Source: a virus (Duplodnaviria > Caudoviricetes). Taken from it: a stretch of 39,662 nt of DNA. This document shows positions 26,075 through 36,215 of this stretch, piece by piece. Position 1 is the stretch's first letter. Every line of letters begins with the position of its first letter. The stretch is taken from positions 1 through 39,662 of the IMG/VR virus record IMGVR_UViG_3300017650_000018, one strand, 5' to 3'. The notes beneath the pieces are model-generated. The model did no database searches. It was not told where the DNA came from and saw nothing but the letters and a program-made list of their open reading frames with translations. The translations under genes were made by a program, and so were the position numbers.

Positions 26075-26722
26075 ATGGCTGTCTCTCTCCCCAACGGCGT
26101 GATTCTGTCGCTCGCGACCGCCTACGGCGCGTCGAAGTCGATCACGGCGATTACCAACGCCAATCCCGGTGTTGCATCCAGCGCCGCTCATGGCCTCACC
26201 AATGGTGCGCTGATCGAGCTGAAATCCGGCTGGCAAAAGCTGAATGAACGCGTTCTGCGTGTTGCTGATTCGGCCGCCGGCACGTTCGTCCTGGAAGGCG
26301 CCAACACGCTTTCCCCGATCCAGTTCCCCGCGGGCACGGGCAACGGCTCCTTCCGCGAGATCACGTCGTTCACCCAGATCACCCAGGTTCTCGAAACCTC
26401 GACGTCCGGCGGCGAAATGCAGTTCGCCACGTACAGCTTCCTGGAAAACGACTTCGAGGCGCAGATTCCGACCCAGGCGAGCGCGCAATCGCTGGCGATC
26501 ACCATCGCGGACGACCCGTCGCTGCCGGGCTACAAGGCGCTTCAAGCGGCCGCCGAGCTGCGCGAAGTGCGTGCCCTGCGCATCGCGTTCCCCAACGGCT
26601 CCGTGCTGCTCTACAACGGCTACGTCTCGTTCAACGAAACGCCCTCCATGACGAAGGGCGAAGTGATGGGCGTGCAAGCCACTTTCTCGCTGTTGTCGCG
26701 CCCCGTGCGCTACGCAGTCTAA
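26075..26722 (+). CDS. Major tail tube protein (Phage_tail_3-like)
   Basis: MAVSLPNG...ITNANPGVA...SGW..LN.RV...SGGEMQF; strongly biased codons; AGGA SD. Confidence 0.9.
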   Translation: MAVSLPNGVILSLATAYGASKSITAITNANPGVASSAAHGLTNGALIELKSGWQKLNERVLRVADSAAGTFVLEGANTLSPIQFPAGTGNGSFREITSFTQITQVLETSTSGGEMQFATYSFLENDFEAQIPTQASAQSLAITIADDPSLPGYKALQAAAELREVRALRIAFPNGSVLLYNGYVSFNETPSMTKGEVMGVQATFSLLSRPVRYAV

Positions 26723-26809
26723 GCGCGGCCTGGTTGCAGCCCGGCGGGCTGCTCGCCTTGGGCAGCCCCTCAAGTTCACCTATTTCAACTACCTACCTGG
26801 AAAACTCCC

Positions 26810-27133
26810 ATGGCCACGAAATCCAAATTTACCCTCAACCCGAAACCCACTTTCAAGAAGAAGGTTCCGCTGCCGGTTCCTGGTGACGGCTTCGAGAACG
26901 TGGAATTCACGTTCAAGCATCGTTCCCGGGACGACTACAAAGAGTTTCTCGACGGTCTCAAGGATCGCACCGACGATGTTGAGCTGCTGATGGACGTCGC
27001 CAGCGGCTGGGAACTCGAAGACTCGTTCGACGCCGAAAACGTCGGGCGCCTGGTGCAGGGTTACGTCGGTTCGGCTCGTGCGGTGCTCGGGGCATACATC
27101 GACGAGCTGTCGAAGGCCCGCGAGGGAAACTAA
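26810..27133 (+). CDS. Tail assembly chaperone (G-like)
   Basis: Lies between tube and TMP and ends in the slippery GGGAAAC. Confidence 0.88.
   Translation: MATKSKFTLNPKPTFKKKVPLPVPGDGFENVEFTFKHRSRDDYKEFLDGLKDRTDDVELLMDVASGWELEDSFDAENVGRLVQGYVGSARAVLGAYIDELSKAREGN
27124..27130 (+). other. Programmed -1 frameshift site G GGA AAC
   Basis: XXXYYYZ heptamer just before the stop; the -1 frame is open to 27441. Confidence 0.85.
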
Positions 27134-27441
27134 GGGCGCTCGGGGCCGCGCTCTATGCGAAGGGGCCGGATCCTAAGGAGCTGGCCGCCTTTGGCTTGAC
27201 GCCGGAGGATGTGGCGGGCGATCCCGTCGAAATCTGGCCCGAGCATCTGGCAGCGTTCGAACTCTTTGTAGCGCTGCGCTCGCAGTGGCGTGTCGGCATG
27301 GCCGGCGCGACGGGGCTGGATTACGGCGTGATGTTTCACAAGATGGATCGCATGGGCCTCTCGCCAGAGCGATACGAAGAGTTGGAAGATCAGATGCGCG
27401 TCCTTGAGCATGCCGCGCTTGACGAAATGAGCAAGAAGTAG
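27130..27441 (+). CDS. Tail chaperone T-part (DUF1799-like), expressed as a frameshift fusion
   Basis: IWPEH..AFELF....QWRVGMAGATGLDY; no independent SD or ATG. Confidence 0.85.
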   Translation, partial: LRALGAALYAKGPDPKELAAFGLTPEDVAGDPVEIWPEHLAAFELFVALRSQWRVGMAGATGLDYGVMFHKMDRMGLSPERYEELEDQMRVLEHAALDEMSKK

Positions 27442-27463
27442 CCCGCCCAGTGCGGGCTTTTTT
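27440..27463 (+). terminator. Intrinsic terminator before the TMP gene
   Basis: AGCCCGC-CCAGT-GCGGGCT followed by a T-run. Confidence 0.65.
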
Positions 27464-27475
27464 ATTGGAATTGCC

Positions 27476-30400
27476 ATGACGAATGTGATTGCTGAGGGCG
27501 TAGTCGCCGTAACCGGCGATGCGTCCGGCCTGACCGCGACAATGGCCGAGGTGACGGAGGCGACCGGCAAGGCCAAGAAATCCATTTCTACGCTCGGGCG
27601 CGAAGCGTCCAATGAGATGGGGAAGGCGGCGGAAGCCGGAATGCAGGCGGGCCGCAAGCAGGAACGGGCCACGCAGGGACTCATCAACCAGATTGAGCGC
27701 CAGATTGCCATTACCAGCGCGGGCGCTCGCGGCACGGCCTCCTATTACACCGCATTGGCGAAGCAGCGCGGGATTGACGCCGATCAGCTCAAACCGTACT
27801 TGGCGCAGTTGGACGCCATTACGGTAAAGCAGGGGCAGGCAAAGGCCGCCATGCTGGCGACGGCTCCGGCCGTTGAGCAGTTGGGCATGTCGGCAAAAGC
27901 AACTGCTGCGGCAATGCGTGGCGTGCCGGCCCAGTTCACGGACATCCTTGTTTCCTTGCAGGGCGGCCAACGTCCCATGACGGTGCTGTTGCAGCAAGGC
28001 GGGCAACTGAAGGATATGTTCGGTGGGATTGGGCCGGCTGCGCGTGCCATGGGCACATATATCGCCGGACTTGCCAGCCCGTTCACGTTGGCCGCAGGCG
28101 CAGTGGCGCTGCTGGGGGCGGCGTATTTCAAGGGCGCCGGCGAATCTCAAGGGTTCAACCGTTCGGTCATCGAGACGGGCGCAGTTGCTGGGGTGACCGG
28201 CGGCCAACTGCAGGCAATGTCCCGTCGGGTCGGCGATGTGGTCGGTACGCAAGGGAAAGCCGCGGATGCTCTCCAACTGTTCAGCCGTGAGGCCAAGATT
28301 GGCGCATCCAATATGGAGCTGTTCGCGGCCGCTTCAGTGCGCTGGGAGAAGGTGACCGGCACGGCCATCGAGGACACGGTTAAGGAATTCGTGGAGTTGG
28401 GCAAAGCGCCGCTAGAGGCTGCGCTCAGGCTAAACGAGGGCATTAATTTCCTGACTGCCTCCACCTACGAGCAGATTCGGGCTTTGGAGCGCCAGGGGAA
28501 GACCGCCGATGCGGCGGCAGTTGCGCAGAAGGCGTATGCAGACGCGCTGAACGACCGCGCCCCGAAGCTGTCCGAAAATCTCGGGTATCTGGAACGCGCG
28601 TGGAAGGGCGTGCGCGACATGGCGGGCAAGGCCTGGGACGCCATGGCGGACGTTGGACGGCCCTCTACGGTCGAAGACGTAATTTCCAAGAAGGAGCGGG
28701 ATGTTCGAGCGCGCCAGGAAAATATCCGGCTTGCCAGGGGAAGCGGCGCAACGATCTCCGCTCGTGAACAGAGCGGGCTTGATGCCGCCCAGATGGAGTT
28801 GGGGGCGATGCAGGCCAAGGCCGCCGCCGCGGTGGCGGAAGTCAGTGCCGCAGCCGAGCAAAAACGTCTATTGGAGCAGGCCAAGTTCCGAGACGATTAC
28901 CTCACGGACGACAGCCGCACTTCGAAACCTCAGCAGCGCCAGACCGCTGTCGAAAAGGAGACTGCCGCCTTTCGCAAGGCGGTAGACGGTCTGAAGGAAG
29001 GGACGGAGGAGTACCGCAAGGTTTACGTTGCCCACAAGACGGCGCTGGCCGAAATTGATAAGCGATTCGAGGACAAGGGCGTCGACAAGGGGCCATCTGG
29101 CGCGGAGTCGGAAGCGGCACGTTTGCGTGCCCGCATTGCTGAAGAACAGGCACTGGCCGCCGAGTTGGGGCAGCGCGGCCTGCAAACCAGCAAGCTCAAT
29201 GAGTATGAGCGACGCTCCGCAGAGATTGGGGAGCTTCTGAAAGGGAACCTTAAGTCGCAGGTGCGCGCCAGCTTGGAGCGAACCAAGGCGCTCGCTGATG
29301 AGGCTGGGGCGCTTGTCCGGGCCAATGCGGCAACGAAGGGCTTTCAGGAGGAGCGGGATAAGTATTACACCGCTTTGGAAGAGGGCGTAGCGAAGATTGG
29401 CCAGGAAGCCCAGGCAGTGGAAGATCAGGTTTCCACCTACGGCCTGAGCAAGGCGGCGCTGGAGGCGTTGACCATCGCACGCCTCGAAGAACGAAAAGCC
29501 GCTTTGCAGGGTTTCGACGGGTCTGAGCGCGAGATTGCCCTGATTGAGCAGGAGATCGAGGCTCGCAAGCGGTTGAGCCAAGCGATCCGCGCCAAAGACG
29601 TCAAAGACGCCCAGAAGAAGGCCAATGAGGAGATGGCGCGCGACTGGGAGCGCAGCGTCGACAAGTACGGCGACGTGTTCCGCCAGGGCTTCGCCGACAT
29701 GATGAACAATGGCAAGGATGGCTGGAAGTCATTCACCAAGTCGCTGACCACTACTTTCAAAACGACCGTCGCCGACCAGATCTACCGAATGTTCGCCCAG
29801 CCTTTCGTGGCGACCATCTTCGCCAATGTCGCGGGCGTGATGGGGGCGAACGCCGGGGCCAGCGGCCTTTCGGCGTTGGCGGGCGTTGGCGGGCAAGGCG
29901 GGCTTGGTGGTGGATTGGGCTGGACCGAAGCATTTAGCGTGGCCCGTGCGGCATACGGTGCGCTGACCGGAGGATTCACCTCCACCCTCGCATCCGGGAT
30001 TTCCTCCATCGGCAGCGCCATCGGCTCGACCGCCGCTCAGCAATTCGCGCTTGGCATGACCGGCCAGGGGGCCACCTTGGCCGCCGGCCTGGCGGGTCCG
30101 ACCACGGCCGGCAGCACGGCTGCAACCGCCGGCTCGATGATGTCCAGCGCGATTCCTGTCGCTGGATGGATTGCTGCCGGCATGTTGGTCAATCGCAGCC
30201 TGTACCGCTCTGGCTGGGATGCCGATAACGGCACGATGGCGCCTATTGCCAAGTACAACCCCATCACCGGGCCGTCTCTGTGGACGGATAAGGTGCTGCG
30301 TTCTGTGGGGATCAGTGGTGAGTGGGCGTCGATGCTTTCCGGGTCGTCCATCATTGCCCGTGCGTTTGGGCGCGGCCCGAAGGAGTACGACGATACGACG

Positions 30401-33082
30401 ATGCTTGGCGACTTCGGCACGCTCGGATTCACTGGATACACGTCAACCCCATGGAAGCAAAAGGGCGGATGGTTTAGGAGCGGTCGCAGCGGGATGGACG
30501 CTCGTGGCCTCGATAGCCAATTCATGGATGACGTTGGCGCGGCGTTCGACCTCATGAAGTTGAACGCCGCGCGCATGGCGCAGGCTGTAGGCGTGTCGGC
30601 GGATTCGTTGGGAACCTACACCGATCAGTTCCGCATCACGCTGACTAAGGACAGCGAGGAAAACCAGAAGCTGCTGGAAGCGGCGCTGGCCACGGTCGGC
30701 GAGAATATGGTGCGGTCTTTGGTGCCGAACATCGCCGAGTTCTCCAAAGAGAACGAAACCGCCTCGCAGACGTTGCAGCGCCTGGGCGCGAATCTCGGCG
30801 CCACCAATCGTGGGCTGAAGCTGCTGGATCTCAGCCTGTACGACGTCTCGGTGTCTGGGGCTGCCACTGCATCGAAGCTTGTTGACGCTTTTGGCGGCAT
30901 TGACGCCATGAGCCAAGCGACCGCGCAGTATTACCAGCTCTATTACTCGGAGGCCGAGCGCGCTAAGTTGAGCCTGGCGGACATGGCCGATTCGATGCAG
31001 GGCCTGAACATCGCCATGCCCAACACCATGGAGGAATTGCGCTCCATGGTGACGGCGCTAGACCTGACGACCGATGCCGGCCGCAGCGCGTACGTGGCGC
31101 TGCTTGCAATCGCGCCGGAGTTTGCAGCTGTGATCGAGGCAACGACCCGGCGGGGGCAAGAAGCGGCCGGCCGGATGCTGGAGGCTTTCACCGGCCGCGG
31201 CGGACTGGCGCCGGCGCTGGATGGTGCTGCCCTGAAGGCGCTATTGCTGCGGGATTCCATGGCCCAGGTTGGGGAGTCCACAGGGCAGATTTCGTTGCTG
31301 TTCCTGGATCTCGGTTCGGGACTGCTGGACTTCACGATCACCAGCGGGCAGCTTGGCGACTCGATGACGGGCGCTCAAGAAGCCAGCCTTTCGTTGGTGG
31401 AGCAGATGGAGGCCTTGCGCGCTGGAGTGGGCGGGACCGTCATCGACTTTGCCGGCCTGGCTGAAACGCTCAAGGAGGTGGATACGGATGTATTCGTTGC
31501 CACCATGACGGCAGCGTTTGAGCAGCTTGGCGACCGAATGCGGTCGATTCTGGACAGCATTGCGAATGAGCGCATTGCTGTGCGTGACGCGACGCGGCAG
31601 ATTCTTGACCCCTCGCCAATGTCTCCGGAGGCGATCAGCAAGAGCATCCAGGCCATCAAAACCGACTTGCCGAGCAATGCCGGCTTGCTGGCTGCTGGTG
31701 CGCAACTGAATGCTGCTGACTCCCTCAGCGCGCAACGGATGAGCGACCGCAATGCAGCCGAAAAGGCGTATTACGGCGTGAAGTCCTCGCGCGAGTCGGC
31801 CGACAGCAATCTGGCCTCGGCCCAACAGCGCGCGGCCGACGCGCAGGCGTGGCTTGAAAAGCTGAACTGGGATATCTACGCGCCTAAGACGGTTGGCTAC
31901 AAGAAAGACAACTGGAAGGAGCTTGACCAGGCGCGGAGCATCGCGCAGGCACAGCTTCCGGCCGCGAAGGCGGCTTGGGAAGAGGCGGTTGCGGCGCTGC
32001 GTGCTGCTGAGGCTGCTGGTGCAGTGGCGCCGTCGTATGAGGAAGTTGCTCGTTTGCAGGCGGAGTACGCGGCGTCTGTGACGGCGGCGGCCAGCGCGCA
32101 AGCGGCGGCTACTGAAGCGGCTGTCAACGCGAAGTCTCAGCAGACGGCGTACGCGGACGCGCTCCAACAATTCGGACTTGATGCGGGCAAATCGGTTAGC
32201 AAGCTGGGTGAGCTTCGGGCGGAGACGCTGCGGTACTACGAAGCCCAGAAGGCCCTGGCCGATCTCCTGGCAAATGGCGCGGCCGGTCTGCGCAAGACCG
32301 TGAAGGACTACCGGATCAGCCAGCTTTCGCCGGAAGATCAGTTTGCCCAGATGCAGGGCGAATACGCCAAGGCCTATGCGAAGGCAATGGGGGCGGATGG
32401 TGAAGAGTTGGCCGGCTTTGCGGACGAACTCAACGGCATGATGCTGCCCATGCTGGAGGCCGCCAAAAGCGCGTTCTCTTCGGATGAGCAGTATCAAGCA
32501 TTCGTGGCGACCGCGCTGGCGCGTGCGGAGGCGGTAGCGAGCCGCATGGACTCGGTCACGCCGAAGGACTACCAGCAAGACAGCCTTGATCTTCTGGCGG
32601 AGATCGACGCCAAGTTGTTGGAGTTGGAGAAGTCCGCGCTGTCCGGCGATCAGGTGCTGACAAACGCCATCAACGCCGCGCGCGACGCCACCGTCAACGG
32701 TCTGCGCCAGGTCGTCAACGCCTTGACGGGTCGGCCGGTCGCGGCCTTCGCCAAGGGCGGCGACCATGCCGGCGGCTTGCGTCTGGTTGGCGAGAACGGG
32801 CCGGAGCTTGAGGTAACAGGCCCGTCTCGGATTTTCAGCGCTGAGCGGACCCGCGCAATCCTGGCGGGCGGTGGCGATGAACAATCGTTGGCGCTGATGC
32901 GCGCATTGCTGGAGGAGCAGAAAGCCTTGCGGGAAGAAGTGAAAAACCTGCGTATTGAGGCGCGTGCTACAGCCAGCAATACCGGGAAGACTGTGCGGCA
33001 ACTTGACCGGCTTGAGTCGGATGGCGTGATTGTCCGGCCCGATGCGGCTGAGCCCTTGCGAATGGAGGTATCAAGCGCATGA
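27476..33082 (+). CDS. Tail tape measure protein (1868 aa)
   Basis: Lambda-family N-terminal motif (PAQFTDI...LLQQGGQLKDMFGG), Ala-rich helical body, C-terminal FAKGG...VGENGPE. Confidence 0.93.
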   Translation: MTNVIAEGVVAVTGDASGLTATMAEVTEATGKAKKSISTLGREASNEMGKAAEAGMQAGRKQERATQGLINQIERQIAITSAGARGTASYYTALAKQRGIDADQLKPYLAQLDAITVKQGQAKAAMLATAPAVEQLGMSAKATAAAMRGVPAQFTDILVSLQGGQRPMTVLLQQGGQLKDMFGGIGPAARAMGTYIAGLASPFTLAAGAVALLGAAYFKGAGESQGFNRSVIETGAVAGVTGGQLQAMSRRVGDVVGTQGKAADALQLFSREAKIGASNMELFAAASVRWEKVTGTAIEDTVKEFVELGKAPLEAALRLNEGINFLTASTYEQIRALERQGKTADAAAVAQKAYADALNDRAPKLSENLGYLERAWKGVRDMAGKAWDAMADVGRPSTVEDVISKKERDVRARQENIRLARGSGATISAREQSGLDAAQMELGAMQAKAAAAVAEVSAAAEQKRLLEQAKFRDDYLTDDSRTSKPQQRQTAVEKETAAFRKAVDGLKEGTEEYRKVYVAHKTALAEIDKRFEDKGVDKGPSGAESEAARLRARIAEEQALAAELGQRGLQTSKLNEYERRSAEIGELLKGNLKSQVRASLERTKALADEAGALVRANAATKGFQEERDKYYTALEEGVAKIGQEAQAVEDQVSTYGLSKAALEALTIARLEERKAALQGFDGSEREIALIEQEIEARKRLSQAIRAKDVKDAQKKANEEMARDWERSVDKYGDVFRQGFADMMNNGKDGWKSFTKSLTTTFKTTVADQIYRMFAQPFVATIFANVAGVMGANAGASGLSALAGVGGQGGLGGGLGWTEAFSVARAAYGALTGGFTSTLASGISSIGSAIGSTAAQQFALGMTGQGATLAAGLAGPTTAGSTAATAGSMMSSAIPVAGWIAAGMLVNRSLYRSGWDADNGTMAPIAKYNPITGPSLWTDKVLRSVGISGEWASMLSGSSIIARAFGRGPKEYDDTTMLGDFGTLGFTGYTSTPWKQKGGWFRSGRSGMDARGLDSQFMDDVGAAFDLMKLNAARMAQAVGVSADSLGTYTDQFRITLTKDSEENQKLLEAALATVGENMVRSLVPNIAEFSKENETASQTLQRLGANLGATNRGLKLLDLSLYDVSVSGAATASKLVDAFGGIDAMSQATAQYYQLYYSEAERAKLSLADMADSMQGLNIAMPNTMEELRSMVTALDLTTDAGRSAYVALLAIAPEFAAVIEATTRRGQEAAGRMLEAFTGRGGLAPALDGAALKALLLRDSMAQVGESTGQISLLFLDLGSGLLDFTITSGQLGDSMTGAQEASLSLVEQMEALRAGVGGTVIDFAGLAETLKEVDTDVFVATMTAAFEQLGDRMRSILDSIANERIAVRDATRQILDPSPMSPEAISKSIQAIKTDLPSNAGLLAAGAQLNAADSLSAQRMSDRNAAEKAYYGVKSSRESADSNLASAQQRAADAQAWLEKLNWDIYAPKTVGYKKDNWKELDQARSIAQAQLPAAKAAWEEAVAALRAAEAAGAVAPSYEEVARLQAEYAASVTAAASAQAAATEAAVNAKSQQTAYADALQQFGLDAGKSVSKLGELRAETLRYYEAQKALADLLANGAAGLRKTVKDYRISQLSPEDQFAQMQGEYAKAYAKAMGADGEELAGFADELNGMMLPMLEAAKSAFSSDEQYQAFVATALARAEAVASRMDSVTPKDYQQDSLDLLAEIDAKLLELEKSALSGDQVLTNAINAARDATVNGLRQVVNALTGRPVAAFAKGGDHAGGLRLVGENGPELEVTGPSRIFSAERTRAILAGGGDEQSLALMRALLEEQKALREEVKNLRIEARATASNTGKTVRQLDRLESDGVIVRPDAAEPLRMEVSSA

Positions 33083-33969
33083 AAGTAATTAAGCCGGTCT
33101 CTATTGGGCGAGATCAGTTGATCTCGTCCAGCGTGCCCGAAGATGACTATGCCGCCTACGCCCCGACCGATGATTACTCGGTTGGGGCGCGGGTGGTGTA
33201 TCAGGCCCAAGTCTTCGAGTGCGTGCAGACCCCTAACGTGGGGAATACCCCGGGGGCGGCGCCGTTGTATTGGGCGCTGGCTGGGCCGACCAACCGCTGG
33301 GCCATGTTTGACAGCGAAGTCAGCACGCAGACCGTCGGCGATAGCCCGCTGCAGGTGGTCGTTCGTCCCGGTCTGGTCAACAGCCTGGCCCTACTTGAAC
33401 TCGTTGGCACAAGGGTGAAGGTGATTGGTCGGGACGGTCCGGACGGTCCGATTTTGTACGAGGCCGAACGCGCTTTGGAGGGCTCGATAGTCACCAATTG
33501 GTATGAGTATTTCTTCGAGCCGTTCTCTCCGCTGTCGGAGCTTGTGCTGACGGATTTGCCGGCGTACGGAAGCTTGCACCTGGATGTTTCGATTTTGGCC
33601 CCTGGCTCCGAAGCTGCGTGCGGCGCCATGATTTGCGGCACCGCATATTTCATCGGCGACGCAGAGTACGGCGGCAGCCTCGGCATCGTCGACTACAGCC
33701 GCAAGGACACGTCTGAAACGGGTGTCACAACGTTCCGCCGGCGGCGCTTTTCGCGACGAATGTCCACGCGCCTTTGGCTGGAGACGGCACGATTTGCCGC
33801 TGTCTATCGGCTGCTATCTAGCCTTCGTGCCACTCCCTGTGTCTGGATTGGTACGGATGCCGAGGGCTACGGCCCGCTCACGATCTACGGCTTCTACAAG
33901 GATTTCTCCATCGACGTCGCGTACGAAATGGTGAATTTCTGCAATCTTGAAATTGAAGGACTTACCTGA
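33079..33969 (+). CDS. Minor tail (distal tail-like) protein with N-terminal CBM5/12-like motif
   Basis: Directly after the TMP; Y..GARVVY....FEC......PG....W motif. Confidence 0.7.
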   Translation: MKVIKPVSIGRDQLISSSVPEDDYAAYAPTDDYSVGARVVYQAQVFECVQTPNVGNTPGAAPLYWALAGPTNRWAMFDSEVSTQTVGDSPLQVVVRPGLVNSLALLELVGTRVKVIGRDGPDGPILYEAERALEGSIVTNWYEYFFEPFSPLSELVLTDLPAYGSLHLDVSILAPGSEAACGAMICGTAYFIGDAEYGGSLGIVDYSRKDTSETGVTTFRRRRFSRRMSTRLWLETARFAAVYRLLSSLRATPCVWIGTDAEGYGPLTIYGFYKDFSIDVAYEMVNFCNLEIEGLT

Positions 33970-35189
33970 TGGCAATCACAAGTTTGCCGACTCCGCCCAG
34001 CCGGAGCGACCCTGAGAACTTCGCAGAACGGGCGGATGCATTCATGGCTGCGCTGCCGCGCTTCGCGGACGAGGCCAATGCCTTACAGCAGGATGTGACG
34101 CAGTCGGCTGCAAATGCGGACAACGATGCGATGGCCGCAGCACAGAGTGCGTACGCCGCGGATGCAAGTTGGGCTGCTGCGAAGTCGTCCGCCGAGGCCG
34201 CCGCATCGTCGCAGCAAGGCGCCGGCCAGAAAGCGGCAGAGTCGCAAGGCAGCGCGGCTCTCGCGCGGCAGTGGGCGACAAAGCTTGGGGAGCCGGTGGA
34301 AGCGGGCGAGTTTTCCGCGAAACACTATGCGCAGCTCGCCGCCCAGGGAATGGGTCTTCCGGTATTTGCCCTGGGCAACATTCCGACTGCGGATGTTGGG
34401 CCAATTTTCGTTCCGACCCAAGGAGCGATGGAGTGGCGAAGTGGTCGGTACGCGGTGCTGCGGGCAGACCACGGACAGTGCCGTTTCGTCTATGTCAGTC
34501 CCGACGAATGCAGGCTCGTGCCGCACAACGGAGATGGCCTAGTCATCAATGGAAGGCAGTACCGCATCGACTCGGCAGGGGTCCCCCTGGATATTGCTTC
34601 CGTACCTGGGGCTACCGGTACGCACAGCTATGTGTACGCGAAGGACAACGGTAGCGGTAGCCTCACCCTGGTAGCTGAGGCTACAGGGCACTCTCGCCAT
34701 ACGGACGGGACGGAGATCAAGACTGGGGACCCCTCCAGCACGCTCGTCGGGGTGGTGTACAAGAACGCCGGATCCGTCTTCGTAGACTCCGCCGCTATCC
34801 GAGGCGTGGCGTCCTGGTTCAATCGCTACTACAAGTCCGCGACCTCCACGAACTTCAACACCGGCACGGCCAGCGCCGCGCCCGTGCAGGCCATTGGGCC
34901 TGTATACGTGTGGCTGTGGGCGGGTGAAGGGTTTAAGGTCAATATCAATGGCCGCACTGCCGTGAACGTTGCTACTGCATCGGCATACACCTTCGCCTAC
35001 GTGGACAGCGTTCAGGCGTGGGGCGTGTACGGCACGAGTGCCACCGCTAACGCTGGTGTTCCCGTGGCCATAACGGTCCCGACCGAAGGGACTACGGAAG
35101 GCTTCCACTCGGTGGCTACGTGGCTGTCCGTGTCCGGTGGCGGCACCTCCAACTGCTCGCTCACGCAGTCGATTAAAGCGGCGCCGTAG
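33969..35189 (+). CDS. Tail fibre / receptor-binding protein
   Basis: LPTPPSRSDPENF.ERAD N-terminus, Ala/Ser stalk, beta-rich C-terminus. Confidence 0.75.
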   Translation: MAITSLPTPPSRSDPENFAERADAFMAALPRFADEANALQQDVTQSAANADNDAMAAAQSAYAADASWAAAKSSAEAAASSQQGAGQKAAESQGSAALARQWATKLGEPVEAGEFSAKHYAQLAAQGMGLPVFALGNIPTADVGPIFVPTQGAMEWRSGRYAVLRADHGQCRFVYVSPDECRLVPHNGDGLVINGRQYRIDSAGVPLDIASVPGATGTHSYVYAKDNGSGSLTLVAEATGHSRHTDGTEIKTGDPSSTLVGVVYKNAGSVFVDSAAIRGVASWFNRYYKSATSTNFNTGTASAAPVQAIGPVYVWLWAGEGFKVNINGRTAVNVATASAYTFAYVDSVQAWGVYGTSATANAGVPVAITVPTEGTTEGFHSVATWLSVSGGGTSNCSLTQSIKAAP

Positions 35190-35224
35190 CGGTTGATTCA
35201 AGAATCATAAGGGACTTAATAACC

Positions 35225-35671
35225 ATGACACTTGGGCCTTCTTTTCCCTCCGAACTCGGCGCAGCCGGACTCCTTGGCTTGCCAATTGCATGGACATCGG
35301 AGGGCGTGAACTTTGGGGATGTCGTGAACCTTGATGGCTCGATTTTGCTGAATCCAGTCTTGTCGTCGGAGGACCGAAGCGCAATAGAAGCTGTCGTGGC
35401 AGCGCACGATCCGACGGCGCCCGCGCCTGTCGCCGTGCCTGAAGCGGTGACGAAGTACCAATGTTGTGTGGTGCTGGCGCGCTATGGTCTGTTGGGTCAG
35501 ACAAGCACATTCTTTTCTGTCATGGCGGCTGACGACCCACGCCGCCTTGCTTGGGAAATGGCTGCTACGGTGCAGCGTTACAGCGAAAGCACGCTCGACG
35601 CCATCACACACCTTGGCCTATCCGAGGATCAAGCCGATGCGATGTTCATTGAAGCCGCAGGGGTCGAATAG
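35225..35671 (+). CDS. Putative tail fibre assembly/accessory protein
   Basis: 148 aa after the fibre gene; VPEAVT.YQ...LGLSEDQADAMFIEA pattern. Confidence 0.6.
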   Translation: MTLGPSFPSELGAAGLLGLPIAWTSEGVNFGDVVNLDGSILLNPVLSSEDRSAIEAVVAAHDPTAPAPVAVPEAVTKYQCCVVLARYGLLGQTSTFFSVMAADDPRRLAWEMAATVQRYSESTLDAITHLGLSEDQADAMFIEAAGVE

Positions 35672-35692
35672 ATCGACAGCGGCTCGCAATTC

Positions 35693-35719
35693 GCCCGCCC
35701 TTTTCGGCGGGCTTTTTTT
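35693..35719 (+). terminator. Intrinsic terminator before the lysis cassette
   Basis: GCCCGCC-CTTTTC-GGCGGGC-TTTTTTT. Confidence 0.8.
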
Positions 35720-35739
35720 CGTCCATACGGGAGGCAATC

Positions 35740-36213
35740 ATGCGCACCGTTTACAGGAGCAGTTCAACTATGGAACCAGGTTCTACGGGGCTGGGAGGCC
35801 TCGCGGCTTTGAAGGTCGCGATGGCGTACGGCGTGCCCGCAGCCATTGCCGCAATGCTTGGCTTGCTCATCATGCCGCCTCGGACTGCGCGGGAGTTCAC
35901 TGTCCGCACGATCTCGACCGTTGCGTGTTCCTTCATGTTTGGGCCAGCGCTTGCCGGAGCGGTGATCGCCTGGAAGCCGGGGTTGATGGATGCGATGACG
36001 TGGCTCGCCCATCACGGCGCTGGCAGCGACGACGCGCTACTGGCGAAGTTCTACGTGTTGGGGCCGAGCATGCTGCTGGCTGGTCTTCCTGCATGGTGGG
36101 TGTTGGGCGCGTACATGCGGTGGATGTCGCGCATGCGCGATCAGGGCGTGCTGCCGTGGCTGGATGAGGTACTGGCGCGTTTGCCGTGGCGCCGGCCTGG
36201 CGGGGAGGCGTGA
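35740..36213 (+). CDS. Putative holin (starts at 35740 or 35770)
   Basis: Three hydrophobic segments and a basic C-terminus; immediately upstream of the endolysin. Confidence 0.75.
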   Translation: MRTVYRSSSTMEPGSTGLGGLAALKVAMAYGVPAAIAAMLGLLIMPPRTAREFTVRTISTVACSFMFGPALAGAVIAWKPGLMDAMTWLAHHGAGSDDALLAKFYVLGPSMLLAGLPAWWVLGAYMRWMSRMRDQGVLPWLDEVLARLPWRRPGGEA

Positions 36214-36215
36214 TC

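Noticed and set aside
31241-33001. 586-aa antisense ORF and other long reverse-frame ORFs over TMP, terL, portal and capsid
   Set aside because: Shadow ORFs expected from high-GC codon bias; no motifs or SD.
33969-35189. Diversity-generating retroelement or invertible tail-fibre switch
   Set aside because: No reverse transcriptase, invertase or TR/VR duplicate was seen in the window.
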